Part shown: piece by piece, positions 9,417 to 18,751 of the stretch
Numbering within the stretch: the stretch's first letter is position 1
How the letters are laid out: each line of letters begins with the position of its first letter
IMG/VR virus record: IMGVR_UViG_3300009605_004544
Coordinates: 32,001-96,000 of that record
Source: a virus
Strand: one strand, 5' to 3'
Length of the DNA: 64,000 nt
Program-made: the position numbers and the translations under genes
Notes under the pieces: model-generated
Databases searched by the model: none
What the model was told of the DNA's origin: nothing
Seen by the model: only the letters and a program-made list of their open reading frames with translations

Positions 9417-9800
9417 ATGCCAGAATATATATTTCGTTGCAATCATTGCGAGATTAATTTTTCACATACTTGCAGTATGTCAGAATTCACTAAGAGAAAA
9501 TATTTTAGATGCCCAGAATGCCATAAAAAAGGAGAGCGAGATTTCTCTTTCGATGACATTGGAGGGTCGGTGACAAGGTCTTTATCTGAATGTAAAACCA
9601 TAGGCCATTATGCAGAAAAACAATCTGCAAAATATAGCAAGCGGCAAATAGAAGATATGCAGGAAAGTTTTAAAACAAAGAAAACGTCGGGCATGGAACA
9701 GTTACCAGAAGGCATGAGCCGTATAGAAAAACCACAGGAAAGTACCCAGTGGGCACGTAAAGAGAAAAAGACAAGAGATATTAAGAGAAAGAGGAGATAA
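9417..9800 (+). CDS. FmdB-family zinc-ribbon protein
   Basis: MPEYIFRCNHC...CPECH. Confidence 0.75.
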   Translation: MPEYIFRCNHCEINFSHTCSMSEFTKRKYFRCPECHKKGERDFSFDDIGGSVTRSLSECKTIGHYAEKQSAKYSKRQIEDMQESFKTKKTSGMEQLPEGMSRIEKPQESTQWARKEKKTRDIKRKRR

Positions 9801-9801
9801 C

Positions 9802-10224
9802 ATGGCAAAAAAGAAAGATCCCAACGAAGGATTTCACGTCATAGATAAAAGTAAAAAAGGCAAGGAGCCTAAGCGAGTGGAGGTTATCTATACTGTCTCT
9901 GGTAAGCATGATTATCTAGAAGACAAGAAATATCCCGCAGTAAAATTAGACTCTAACGAAGCAAAAGAATCTGCCATTGCCCATGCTATGAAAATTACTA
10001 TTGGTGCAAGAACCAAATATTACGCCAAGCGAGGCAAGCATGGACGGTTGTTTAATCCGGTAGGCATGTTTAGCGAAGGAATGGGTAGTAAGCGGATGCC
10101 CCATGCGGGGAGACCGGAGTGGAGATTCGTAGAAATTGGAGAAAGAGCATTTAGATTTTATAGAGACTTTTTAAGAACTAAAAATATTGCATACCTACAT
10201 AATGCAGAAAGAGAGCTACTATGA
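9802..10224 (+). CDS. Hypothetical basic protein
   Basis: 140-aa ORF, GAGGAG RBS, ATGA overlap downstream. Confidence 0.7.
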   Translation: MAKKKDPNEGFHVIDKSKKGKEPKRVEVIYTVSGKHDYLEDKKYPAVKLDSNEAKESAIAHAMKITIGARTKYYAKRGKHGRLFNPVGMFSEGMGSKRMPHAGRPEWRFVEIGERAFRFYRDFLRTKNIAYLHNAERELL

Positions 10225-10544
10225 AAAAGGGCAAGATTACAGAAGTAGAGATTTCCTGCCTTAAAGGAATGGCTATGGACAATGTCTCAGCAGAAGAAAT
10301 GGCGAAACAACTTAACAGGAGCGTTGAGACGATTCAAAAGGAGCTAGATCGCATTAGCGACAAAGTTCTGAGGGATCAAATGCTTATTACAAAGACTGCC
10401 GGTGGCGTTCCCGGTGTTGCGGTCATGACCAAAGCAGGATCATTGCGAGCGGATGAGAATAAAAATGAGCCTCTCTCCACTACGATACCACGCAAGGGAG
10501 ACCGTGGCGAATGGGTTCACAAGATTCGACCTGATGAAGAATAG
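10221..10544 (+). CDS. HTH-containing protein
   Basis: SAEEMAKQLNRSVETIQKEL helix-turn-helix. Confidence 0.6.
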   Translation: MKKGKITEVEISCLKGMAMDNVSAEEMAKQLNRSVETIQKELDRISDKVLRDQMLITKTAGGVPGVAVMTKAGSLRADENKNEPLSTTIPRKGDRGEWVHKIRPDEE

Positions 10545-10989
10545 AACAGAATCTAGACGTTACCCATCTCGCTATTCTCCAGATGTGGATGAAAATGGAG
10601 TTGCATGGATAACTGGCCGTCAATATATTGTAGAGATGGTATGTGAAAATAAAGCGGCTAAAGATATAAAGGAACTACCTCGCGGCTTCTATACCAAAGA
10701 GTTGCAGCTTTCAGATTGGCAGAAATTCTACAGGGAACAAATTAATAACCGTAGTCTAACAAAGCTTATTGACAAGCACGGTGTTGATAAAATCATTGCG
10801 TTCTTAAAAACCAACAAATATGTCATGAGTCTAAGGCCGAAATGGGTTCACGAGAAAATTGAAGAGTATACTTATGTAGAGCGCACAGCTAGTAAAGAAG
10901 AGCTATCTTATGATTTTCATAGCAAAGAAAACTTTACCAGTAATAACAAAAAGAGATCTATCATTTCCAAATTAGAGGAATTGGAATGA
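10534..10989 (+). CDS. Hypothetical protein
   Basis: ORF overlapping both neighbours; start set at ATG 10534. Confidence 0.65.
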   Translation: MKNRTESRRYPSRYSPDVDENGVAWITGRQYIVEMVCENKAAKDIKELPRGFYTKELQLSDWQKFYREQINNRSLTKLIDKHGVDKIIAFLKTNKYVMSLRPKWVHEKIEEYTYVERTASKEELSYDFHSKENFTSNNKKRSIISKLEELE

Positions 10990-11963
10990 CGAAGGATATC
11001 ATTAAGGAATATGGGGACGTTATCCATGACCCGTCTTCGATAACCAATCAAGAACTAGAGATCATATCGGTTAGTCCCAAGATTGACATTGCCTTGGGTG
11101 GGGGCGTCCCCGAAGGCTCCCTTTTTATACTGACGGGTCCAGAAAAGGTCGGCAAGACAGTTACCGCCCTCACCTTTTGTGCCAACGCTCAAAGCCTTAA
11201 ACGCAAAGTTTATTATGGCAACATTGAGGGACGGTTAAGAAAGAGAGATATAGAGGGGATTTCTGGCATTAATATGGACCCGGAGTATCTCGAAATCATA
11301 GGATCGACACAGGGTAATATACTTTCTGCTGAAAAATATCTTAGCATCTTTGACCAATTGATTCATACGCAGCCCGACTGCATATGTATTGTTGATTCCT
11401 TTTCGGCTCTCGCCAGCGATGCAGAACTGACGGGGGATTTAAGCGACCAACAAGTAATGAGCGTTCAAAAGGTGTTGGCTAAATTCTGTAGGAGAATTTC
11501 TAACGTGCTCCCTATCAATAAAGTTACGGTTGTTGGGATCACGCATCTAATGGCTAATGTCAACAAGTTCGGAAGAGGCAAAACTAAGGTAGAAAAATCG
11601 GGAACCGCCTTAAAATATCAGGTTGATGTTAAGCTGCACGCTACGCACATCACTCCCATATTACAGGGAGAGACTCAAATTGGTCAGACCGTGCATTGGC
11701 AAGTTGTTACCTCTGCTATTGGCCCTCCGGGGCAGAAAGTGACCAGTCATATTAAATATGGCCGAGGTATCTGGAAGGAGATGGAGCTTGCGGATCTGCT
11801 TGTAGATTTCGGCTTAGTGCAAAAAAGCGGATCTTGGCTCACCCTCCCAAACGAGGAAAAGCTACAGGGAAAGAATAATTTAGCTGCGTACCTAGAGGAA
11901 AACCCAAACGAGTATATCAAATTTGAAAATGACATTTTTTCTATGATTGGAATTGAAAGGTAA
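10986..11963 (+). CDS. recA: RecA/UvsX recombinase
   Basis: DIALGGG, Walker A GPEKVGKT, Walker B CIVDS, GTALKY, LVQKSGSW..QGK. Confidence 0.9.
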   Translation: MTKDIIKEYGDVIHDPSSITNQELEIISVSPKIDIALGGGVPEGSLFILTGPEKVGKTVTALTFCANAQSLKRKVYYGNIEGRLRKRDIEGISGINMDPEYLEIIGSTQGNILSAEKYLSIFDQLIHTQPDCICIVDSFSALASDAELTGDLSDQQVMSVQKVLAKFCRRISNVLPINKVTVVGITHLMANVNKFGRGKTKVEKSGTALKYQVDVKLHATHITPILQGETQIGQTVHWQVVTSAIGPPGQKVTSHIKYGRGIWKEMELADLLVDFGLVQKSGSWLTLPNEEKLQGKNNLAAYLEENPNEYIKFENDIFSMIGIER

Positions 11964-11967
11964 GACA

Positions 11968-12963
11968 ATGATAAAGACAATTTTTACGGCTGCGTTAATT
12001 TTCTTGGCAAGTACCGTTAATGTGGTTGCTGAAGATCCGGTTGTTACTTTGGGGCCACCCGCAACTAATGGAAAAGAAGCACCAGAGTCAATTGCCGCAA
12101 GACTATATCAACACCTACAGGACGTTTCTGTTACTGTCAAGACACAGAGCGGGGAAGGCTCTGGCGTTATCGTAACACGAGAAGTCGAAGTTTCCCCGAA
12201 CGTCAAACAGAAGGTTAATTTTGTGTGGACAGCAGCCCACGTTGTAGATGGGCTTCGCTCTGTTAGAACGATTATCAAGGATGGGCAATCTAGAAAAGTG
12301 GTTGAGTTCAAAGATGCTCAAATCGTTCAGGAGTTAGTCGAAGACGGTCGTCGCGTTGGCGAAATGAAGATGGAAGCCAAGGTGATCAAATACAGTGATT
12401 CTGAGAACGGCGAAGACTTGGCCCTTTTGATGATTCGGAAGAAGGGCTTTATCGATAAGTCCGTCACCTTCTATAAGGGCAAAGGTAGGCCAGTTGCTAT
12501 TGGCACTGAACTATACCACGTCGGCTCATTACTAGGTCAAACTGGCTCGAATTCGATGACGAGAGGAATTTGCTCTCAAGTTGGAAGAGTTCTTGACTTG
12601 GGGAATGGAGATGGAGTAGTCTTTGATCAAACTACAGTGACTGCGTTTCCGGGGTCCAGCGGCGGCGGGGTTTTCCTGAGCGAAAGGTCTGGTGAAAAGG
12701 CTGGCCAGTACATGGGGATGCTCGTTCGTGGTGCTGGAGAAACTTTTAATCTTATTGTTCCAATTCGCAGAATGAGGAGCTATGCTACAAAAGAAGGCAT
12801 CTTGTGGGCTATTGATACAGACGTTAAGATTCCTTCTATCAAAGAAATTACTTCCATGCCTGCTGAAGGCCCAAAATCTACACCCAGCCCCGGAACCAAG
12901 GCTACTAAAGATACTGTTAAATTCCCCGTCCTTCCCCTGAGAAAAGAAGAGAATGAAGACTAG
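11968..12963 (+). CDS. Secreted trypsin-like (S1) serine protease
   Basis: Signal peptide MIKTIFTAALIFLASTVNVVA; GSGVIV, TAAHVV (His), DLALL (Asp), PGSSGGG (Ser). Confidence 0.85.
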   Translation: MIKTIFTAALIFLASTVNVVAEDPVVTLGPPATNGKEAPESIAARLYQHLQDVSVTVKTQSGEGSGVIVTREVEVSPNVKQKVNFVWTAAHVVDGLRSVRTIIKDGQSRKVVEFKDAQIVQELVEDGRRVGEMKMEAKVIKYSDSENGEDLALLMIRKKGFIDKSVTFYKGKGRPVAIGTELYHVGSLLGQTGSNSMTRGICSQVGRVLDLGNGDGVVFDQTTVTAFPGSSGGGVFLSERSGEKAGQYMGMLVRGAGETFNLIVPIRRMRSYATKEGILWAIDTDVKIPSIKEITSMPAEGPKSTPSPGTKATKDTVKFPVLPLRKEENED

Positions 12964-13369
12964 GAGTTTAGACGGAGGTATCCATAAATGGAAGATTGAG
13001 AGCAGCTTGATCCGGGGAAACGAGGAAAGACCCCGATCTAAGCTACATCTAGCTGCTCGCTCTCTTCTAAAAGAGATATATCCAACGTTACAAATCTGCG
13101 AAGAGATACCGGTTCGTATCAGGCGTGACAAAAAGGCAATCATTGATTTTTATATCAATACGATCAAGACTGTAATCGAAGTTCATGGAGAGCAACATTA
13201 TAAATTTAACTCTCTATATCATACTTGCGCTCAAGACTTTTTAAACCAAAAGAAAAGAGATTCTGAACTTATAGATTGGTGCATTCTTAATAATTTGAAT
13301 TATGTAGAGTTGCCATTCAACGAAAATAGGAAGCAATGGAAAATAAGAATTCAGCCAAAGAGCAGCTAG
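12953..13369 (+). CDS. DUF559/Vsr-like endonuclease
   Basis: IDFYI...VIEVHGEQHY...QKKRD..WC. Confidence 0.7.
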   Translation: MKTRSLDGGIHKWKIESSLIRGNEERPRSKLHLAARSLLKEIYPTLQICEEIPVRIRRDKKAIIDFYINTIKTVIEVHGEQHYKFNSLYHTCAQDFLNQKKRDSELIDWCILNNLNYVELPFNENRKQWKIRIQPKSS

Positions 13370-13824
13370 AAAAACTGGACTCTGTTTTAGACGAATATGA
13401 ATCTTCCCTAGGGATTCCTGTATTTAATAGCGATTTTTATGATGACACCGCAAAAAACTATTTACAGCTATCTCGTAACCAAATAGAAAAGCTTACTCCT
13501 GAGCAATGCGCAGAGGCAGCCCTCCTTTTAGCTTCTCTATCCTTCCATTTACAAAGAAGCTATAATCGGGAAATAGCAAGAGTTAATTGGGCAGACCAAG
13601 TTCTGAAGAGCGCAGTTGCTGGTAGAGAGCAGCAATACAGGGGGTCATGGGAAAGTCAGTTCAATCAGGCAGTCGGAGAAGACAGTTATACTAGAAAGGT
13701 CTTGACCATAAAAAGGTACGCCCAGCAAAGAGCCGACCGCGTGAATTATCTATCCTCTTCAGTTAAGAACATCGGTGATATCTTTCTTAGTGTTCAAAGA
13801 TCAAAGGCGTTTAAAAATGGATAA
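13336..13824 (+). CDS. Helical protein, possibly UvsY-like recombination mediator
   Basis: 162 aa, all-helical pattern, near recA; family call is contextual only. Confidence 0.4.
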   Translation: MENKNSAKEQLEKLDSVLDEYESSLGIPVFNSDFYDDTAKNYLQLSRNQIEKLTPEQCAEAALLLASLSFHLQRSYNREIARVNWADQVLKSAVAGREQQYRGSWESQFNQAVGEDSYTRKVLTIKRYAQQRADRVNYLSSSVKNIGDIFLSVQRSKAFKNG

Positions 13825-14242
13825 TCAAGACCCCAAAGACCTTCAACAGATAATTGATTTGTTATCTGCCGAACAATTAGAGGGCTTAAAAAAGATTCTT
13901 TCTTCAGGGTCAAAGAAGCCTAAGAAAAAAAGGAGAGGGAGGGGTAAGCGAAAAAAAACTCAGGCACCTCCATCGGCAAAGGCTGGAAATAAGCCCCCCT
14001 TTCTTGACGGCATTTCGCTCACTCCTGACGAACAGAAAGAAATGATCGAGGCTTCTCAATTTGACAAAGAGAAAGGGCTTGACAGGCCGAAAGATGGTGG
14101 TATAATCCCACAGGCTCCTTCTTTCCAGAAGGTTCCTATTCAGTGCAGAATCTGCGGCAAATCATTTGAAGTTTCCGCAGCGCTGATACCTCCCGAAAAA
14201 GACAGGTTTAAATGTAACAAATGTTCATGTAGTGCAGGTTAA
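13817..14242 (+). CDS. Hypothetical protein with basic tract and C-terminal Zn ribbon
   Basis: KKPKKKRRGRGKRKK; CRIC...CNKC. Confidence 0.6.
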   Translation: MDNQDPKDLQQIIDLLSAEQLEGLKKILSSGSKKPKKKRRGRGKRKKTQAPPSAKAGNKPPFLDGISLTPDEQKEMIEASQFDKEKGLDRPKDGGIIPQAPSFQKVPIQCRICGKSFEVSAALIPPEKDRFKCNKCSCSAG

Positions 14243-14260
14243 AAAATAAGGAGAAAAAAA

Positions 14261-14695
14261 ATGAGTGTCAAAGCTAAGACGTTAACTACCCTCTGCTTTA
14301 TCTTTACCGCAGCAATATCAGTAACGGCGGGTTATTTTTATGGTTCTCTGGAACGAACACGGATTGACTCCGAGCGAGTCGCCCAAGAACAACAAGCAGC
14401 GTTTGAAGAGGCCTCTACTGAGGAACTGAATTCAATTTACCGATTACTAACCGCTGCCGCTTTCACCAATCGAACCAATATGAATCTGTCAGCGAAGACT
14501 AATCATTATATTACTCATCCGCAAGGCAAAGAGGGTCATCGCCCCAGTGTTGCTTGCGACCAATGCTGGGAGCACCTTGAAAACGTAGTCAAAAACATGC
14601 CCCAAATGGACGATGCTAACGAAGCCTATTTTAACGCTTTCTATCGAAAGCCTTACGAACAACTTAAGAAGATGCGAAAGGAAAACAAGAAATGA
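14261..14695 (+). CDS. Membrane-anchored hypothetical protein
   Basis: N-terminal TM helix; AAGGAG RBS. Confidence 0.6.
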   Translation: MSVKAKTLTTLCFIFTAAISVTAGYFYGSLERTRIDSERVAQEQQAAFEEASTEELNSIYRLLTAAAFTNRTNMNLSAKTNHYITHPQGKEGHRPSVACDQCWEHLENVVKNMPQMDDANEAYFNAFYRKPYEQLKKMRKENKK

Positions 14696-16146
14696 TACTG
14701 TCGGATGCGCCTGCTGAACGAGCGATACTCGCTGGAATTTGCCGATACGGCTCAGAGGCTTACTATGATGTTGTGGATCTAATTGATCCGAATAGTTTTA
14801 CTATTGATTCAAACTCTATGATATATACTTGCCTTAAGCATATCATGGATAAAGACAGTGGCATTTCTATAGATCTGCCAACCATTCTGTCTTCAGCAAA
14901 AGAGATAGGGCTGCATGACCTCGTTTCTGACAAACAGGAAGTGCAACATCTATCTGCTATTATGAAATTCCCGGTACTCTTGGACAATGTTCGCAAGATG
15001 GCAGCCAAGGTTCGGAAGCTCCAGATAGCTCGGATGATGCATGATCAACTGGAAGCCACGAAGGAAAAATATTCTGGAGTAACGGGCAATGAACCCATAT
15101 CGCAGATACTGGGCATTGCTGAAGAATCTATTTTTGATTTTACATCACTGATCAATGACAATGATGACGCTCCTCAAAAAGTTTTTATTGACGTTGAAGA
15201 CAGACTTGATGATCTCGCTGAAAGCCCTCTCGACCAAGTGGGGATTCCTACAGGATTCGACAGGTATGATTTTGCTATCGGGGGCGGTTTACGGCGTGGA
15301 ACCGTGAATGTAGTAGGGGCTAGGCCTAAAGTTGGTAAGACCCTCTTTGCCGAGAATGCTGGTGTTTACATAGCCCGCACTCTTGGTATCCCAGTGCTAA
15401 ACTTAGACACTGAAATGATGAGAAAAGACCATCAGGATCGCGGAATGGCAATGCTTACTGAGATCTCAATCAACGATATCGAAACTGGCAAGTTTGCTTC
15501 TAACAGTTATAAAAACCAAAAGATACGCGAGTCTGCTAAGGCTGTCAAGGACATCCCCTATTACCATAAATCTATTGGAGGAAAACCATTTGAGGACCAG
15601 CTATCCATTATGCGAAGGTGGATTGCTAAAGAAGTAGGCATTAATAACGAGGGTAGGGCAAACGACTGCGTAGTTATTTATGACTATTTAAAAATCATGG
15701 AGTCATCAGATATCAAAGGAGACATGAAGGAATATCAGCTACTGGGCTTCCTGATGACATCCTTGCATAACTTCGCCATCAGATACGAAGTTCCGATTCT
15801 AGCCTTTGTGCAGCTTAACAGGGATGGTATTAACAAAGAGTCTACCGATACCGCTAGCGGCTCGGATAGGATTATCTGGCTGTGCTCTAATTTTAGTATT
15901 TATAAAGCCAAGTCTGACGAAGAGGTCGCGAAAGATGGCCCTGAAAATGGTAATCGCAAGTTAGTCCCGGTCATTGCAAGACATGGGGAAGGTCTAGCTG
16001 ATAAAGACTATATTAACATTAACATGATCGGTAAATACGGAAAGATAGTAGAGGGCAAAACTGCCTTTGAGCTAGAAGATGGCACCGATTTTGTAGAAGA
16101 CGAGGGTCAATTGGAAAATGACAATGACGACATACCCTTCGCGTGA
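14692..16146 (+). CDS. dnaB: Replicative DNA helicase DnaB
   Basis: AERAILAG, GIPTGF, Walker A GARPKVGKT, IYDYL, QLNR, ARHG. Confidence 0.93.
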   Translation: MILSDAPAERAILAGICRYGSEAYYDVVDLIDPNSFTIDSNSMIYTCLKHIMDKDSGISIDLPTILSSAKEIGLHDLVSDKQEVQHLSAIMKFPVLLDNVRKMAAKVRKLQIARMMHDQLEATKEKYSGVTGNEPISQILGIAEESIFDFTSLINDNDDAPQKVFIDVEDRLDDLAESPLDQVGIPTGFDRYDFAIGGGLRRGTVNVVGARPKVGKTLFAENAGVYIARTLGIPVLNLDTEMMRKDHQDRGMAMLTEISINDIETGKFASNSYKNQKIRESAKAVKDIPYYHKSIGGKPFEDQLSIMRRWIAKEVGINNEGRANDCVVIYDYLKIMESSDIKGDMKEYQLLGFLMTSLHNFAIRYEVPILAFVQLNRDGINKESTDTASGSDRIIWLCSNFSIYKAKSDEEVAKDGPENGNRKLVPVIARHGEGLADKDYININMIGKYGKIVEGKTAFELEDGTDFVEDEGQLENDNDDIPFA

Positions 16147-17284
16147 GTCTCACAAATACAACGATCAGGCAAAACTAAACGCCCTGACCGCGCTGGCGGT
16201 GCAAAATATAGAGAGGATATACGGCTATTTTGGAACAGAGATCTCTTACAGGAATGACATACTGATTAAGTCTTCCTGCTTTACTCACGGGGGCGACAAT
16301 CCAACCGCGCTAAACCTTTACTATAACGGAGACATTCGTGTTCACTACAAATGCAGAACCCATCAGTGTGAAGACCTTTTTGGCTCTTCGTTGATTAGCC
16401 TTGTAAGAGGAGGTCTTTCTAGAACACGATATAAGTGGAAAATTAATGGAGATAGAGAAGCCACGTTTAACGAGACTGTAGATTTCCTTTTAAAGATTAC
16501 TGATCAAAATTTTGATAGCTTAAGTTCAGAACACACTAGTATTGATGGAGATAAGTTACAGTTTTCTTCTTTAATTAATGGCTTTATGATGCCTGAAAAT
16601 GCCCTAACTGGTATCCGCAGGGATTTTTATAGAAGCAAAGTAGAAATACCATCATCATATTATTTGCAAAGAGGATACTCCATTGAGGTTCTTGACAAGT
16701 ACGATGTTGGAACGTGCAAAAGGCCTAGGAAGGCTCTTTACCAAAGGGCGGTTGCTCCTGTCTACGACGATTCCGGCGATATTATTTTGGGGTTCACGGG
16801 AAGGAGCATCTTCTCAGAATGTTCTAAGTGCAAACATTATCACGATCCCGATAAGGAGTGTCATTTTTTCCCCAAATGGAAGCATACCGCTGGGTTCCAG
16901 AAGGAAAACTGCTTGTATAATTACTGGTACGCTAAGGAATCTATCCTAGAAAGCGGAGTGGTTGTTTTGGTAGAATCTCCGGGCAATGTTTGGCGATTAG
17001 AGGAGGCGGGAATACATAATTCAGTGGCAATCTTTGGGGCGCATTTAAGCCAGAGCCAAAAAAAGATTATTGACTCGTCGGGAGCGCTCTCCATAGTTTG
17101 CCTGTTGGACAATGACGAGGCCGGATTAAGCGGCACGAAAAAGATTCATGAACAATGTTCAAAAATGTATCGTTTATATTTCCCAGAACTAGACGTAAAC
17201 GATATTGGGGATATGAGTGTAGATACAGTGACTAGCGATATTAAACCTTTAATATGTAAGATAGGAGATGTTTACAATGGTTGA
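16118..17284 (+). CDS. dnaG: DNA primase (Zn-binding domain + TOPRIM)
   Basis: CFTHGGDNP..CRTHQC zinc domain, GFTGRS, VLVES, LDNDEAG; immediately after dnaB. Confidence 0.85.
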   Translation: MTMTTYPSRESHKYNDQAKLNALTALAVQNIERIYGYFGTEISYRNDILIKSSCFTHGGDNPTALNLYYNGDIRVHYKCRTHQCEDLFGSSLISLVRGGLSRTRYKWKINGDREATFNETVDFLLKITDQNFDSLSSEHTSIDGDKLQFSSLINGFMMPENALTGIRRDFYRSKVEIPSSYYLQRGYSIEVLDKYDVGTCKRPRKALYQRAVAPVYDDSGDIILGFTGRSIFSECSKCKHYHDPDKECHFFPKWKHTAGFQKENCLYNYWYAKESILESGVVVLVESPGNVWRLEEAGIHNSVAIFGAHLSQSQKKIIDSSGALSIVCLLDNDEAGLSGTKKIHEQCSKMYRLYFPELDVNDIGDMSVDTVTSDIKPLICKIGDVYNG

Positions 17285-17585
17285 AAATTTTGAAATGGGC
17301 GGTTCTGATAGTCCTGCTGGTGCAGGGGCCTATCCCTCTAGCGAAGCAGCTTCGGCTCCTGCTCCTGCTTCTCCCCCCACCAGCGCTCAATTAATTTTGC
17401 GAGCGGTGGAGGCACATTTTATGGCTCAAAGATCGCGAGCGGTCGCGAATCTTAATAATTATTTGACGAGTTCCGCTGGGGTTGGGGAGCATCCCGATGT
17501 GGTTGAGGAATGTATCAAGCTCGTAGATGACATAGAACACGCCGAAAGTTCATTGGCCACTTTGAATAGGGTTATTTCTTCATGA
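17277..17585 (+). CDS. Small helical phage protein (GVGEHPD motif)
   Basis: Low-complexity N-terminus then NYL..SAGVGEHPDVVEE, a motif I recall from T4-like/marine phage hypotheticals; AGGAG RBS. Confidence 0.6.
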   Translation: MVENFEMGGSDSPAGAGAYPSSEAASAPAPASPPTSAQLILRAVEAHFMAQRSRAVANLNNYLTSSAGVGEHPDVVEECIKLVDDIEHAESSLATLNRVISS

Positions 17586-18331
17586 CGCAAATTATTGGAT
17601 TCGCAGGCAAAAAACAAGCTGGCAAAGACACTGCTTGCAATTTTGTTCTAGCTGCCAAAATTGCCGAGCTTGGAGTAAGCAGGTCTACTCGCCTAACCGA
17701 TGAGGGCGAAATAGAAGTTAGCGACATTCTAGATGATTCTGTTTCTGGTGAAGAATGGATTCCGTTCAAGCCCCCCTATGTTGATGTTCAAAATCTTTTC
17801 GATAACGAGCTTGGCAAGTTTATTAAGATATACTCTTTTGCTGAGAAATTGAAACGAATGTCTATAGATATTCTGGGGTTAAAAGAAGAGTGGGTGTTCG
17901 GAACTGATGAACAAAAAAATACTCTCACAAGCTTTAAATGGGAAAGGTTTTCACAAGATAAAAAAGGGTCCATGACCGCAAGGGAAGTCTTACAACATGT
18001 AGGCACCGACATGTTTCGTTCTATATATGAAAATGTATGGGTCGATTCATGCTTGAAGCAAATAGAAGAAGACGGTCCCGAATTAGCCTTGGTTTCAGAT
18101 GCAAGATTCAAGAACGAAGTACTGTCCATCCAAGATAGCGGAGGGTTTGTAGTAGGACTAACAAGGAGTCCTTACAAGAAAGTAGATAGGCACGCTAGCG
18201 AAACTGAAGTTGAAGAATGCTTTGACATCTGTGATGTCATCGTAGACAACAGCGACCTCTCCATACCAGAGCAAAATAAAGAGATATATTTAGCTATCAA
18301 GCATTTAGATAATATTCCTCACATTTTATAG
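17582..18331 (+). CDS. Deoxynucleoside monophosphate kinase
   Basis: IIGFAGKKQAGKDT, SFAEKLK, TAREVLQHVGTD, SDARFKNE, HASE. Confidence 0.88.
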   Translation: MTQIIGFAGKKQAGKDTACNFVLAAKIAELGVSRSTRLTDEGEIEVSDILDDSVSGEEWIPFKPPYVDVQNLFDNELGKFIKIYSFAEKLKRMSIDILGLKEEWVFGTDEQKNTLTSFKWERFSQDKKGSMTAREVLQHVGTDMFRSIYENVWVDSCLKQIEEDGPELALVSDARFKNEVLSIQDSGGFVVGLTRSPYKKVDRHASETEVEECFDICDVIVDNSDLSIPEQNKEIYLAIKHLDNIPHIL

Positions 18332-18340
18332 GAGGCTTCC

Positions 18341-18751
18341 ATGCCGCAACCAGATTCGTCCAACACATTAATTGTAGATTGTGATGGTGTAATTGCAGAC
18401 AAAAATAATGGAGGAGACTATGCTAAAGCCGGGCCGCTTCAGCACGGCATCGATCAAGTTAACAGGCTCTACGATATGGGCTACACAATTGTTCTATACA
18501 CTGCCAGATATGGAGACCGGGAAAAGGGCAATATTCACTTGCAGTACGGGAGGGGCTATAAGGAGTGGACAGAATGGCTTGAGGAACATGGTGTAAAATA
18601 TCATCATGCGTATATGGGGAAGCCTGCGGGAGTTATCTATATAGACGATAAGGCCGCTCGGGTAAGAGGAGACAGCGAGGAGGGGTGGTCACAAGTGTGG
18701 GAAGAGGTAGACAACTTAAAGGGAAAAGACCGATATGGTAATCTCATATGA
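18341..18751 (+). CDS. HAD-superfamily phosphatase (capsule-biosynthesis phosphatase-like)
   Basis: VDCDGVI, YTAR, MGKP, YIDDKA. Confidence 0.82.
   Translation: MPQPDSSNTLIVDCDGVIADKNNGGDYAKAGPLQHGIDQVNRLYDMGYTIVLYTARYGDREKGNIHLQYGRGYKEWTEWLEEHGVKYHHAYMGKPAGVIYIDDKAARVRGDSEEGWSQVWEEVDNLKGKDRYGNLI

Noticed and set aside
14261-14695. c-type cytochrome (CDQCWEH)
   Set aside because: Motif is CxxCxxH, not the CxxCH haem-attachment motif
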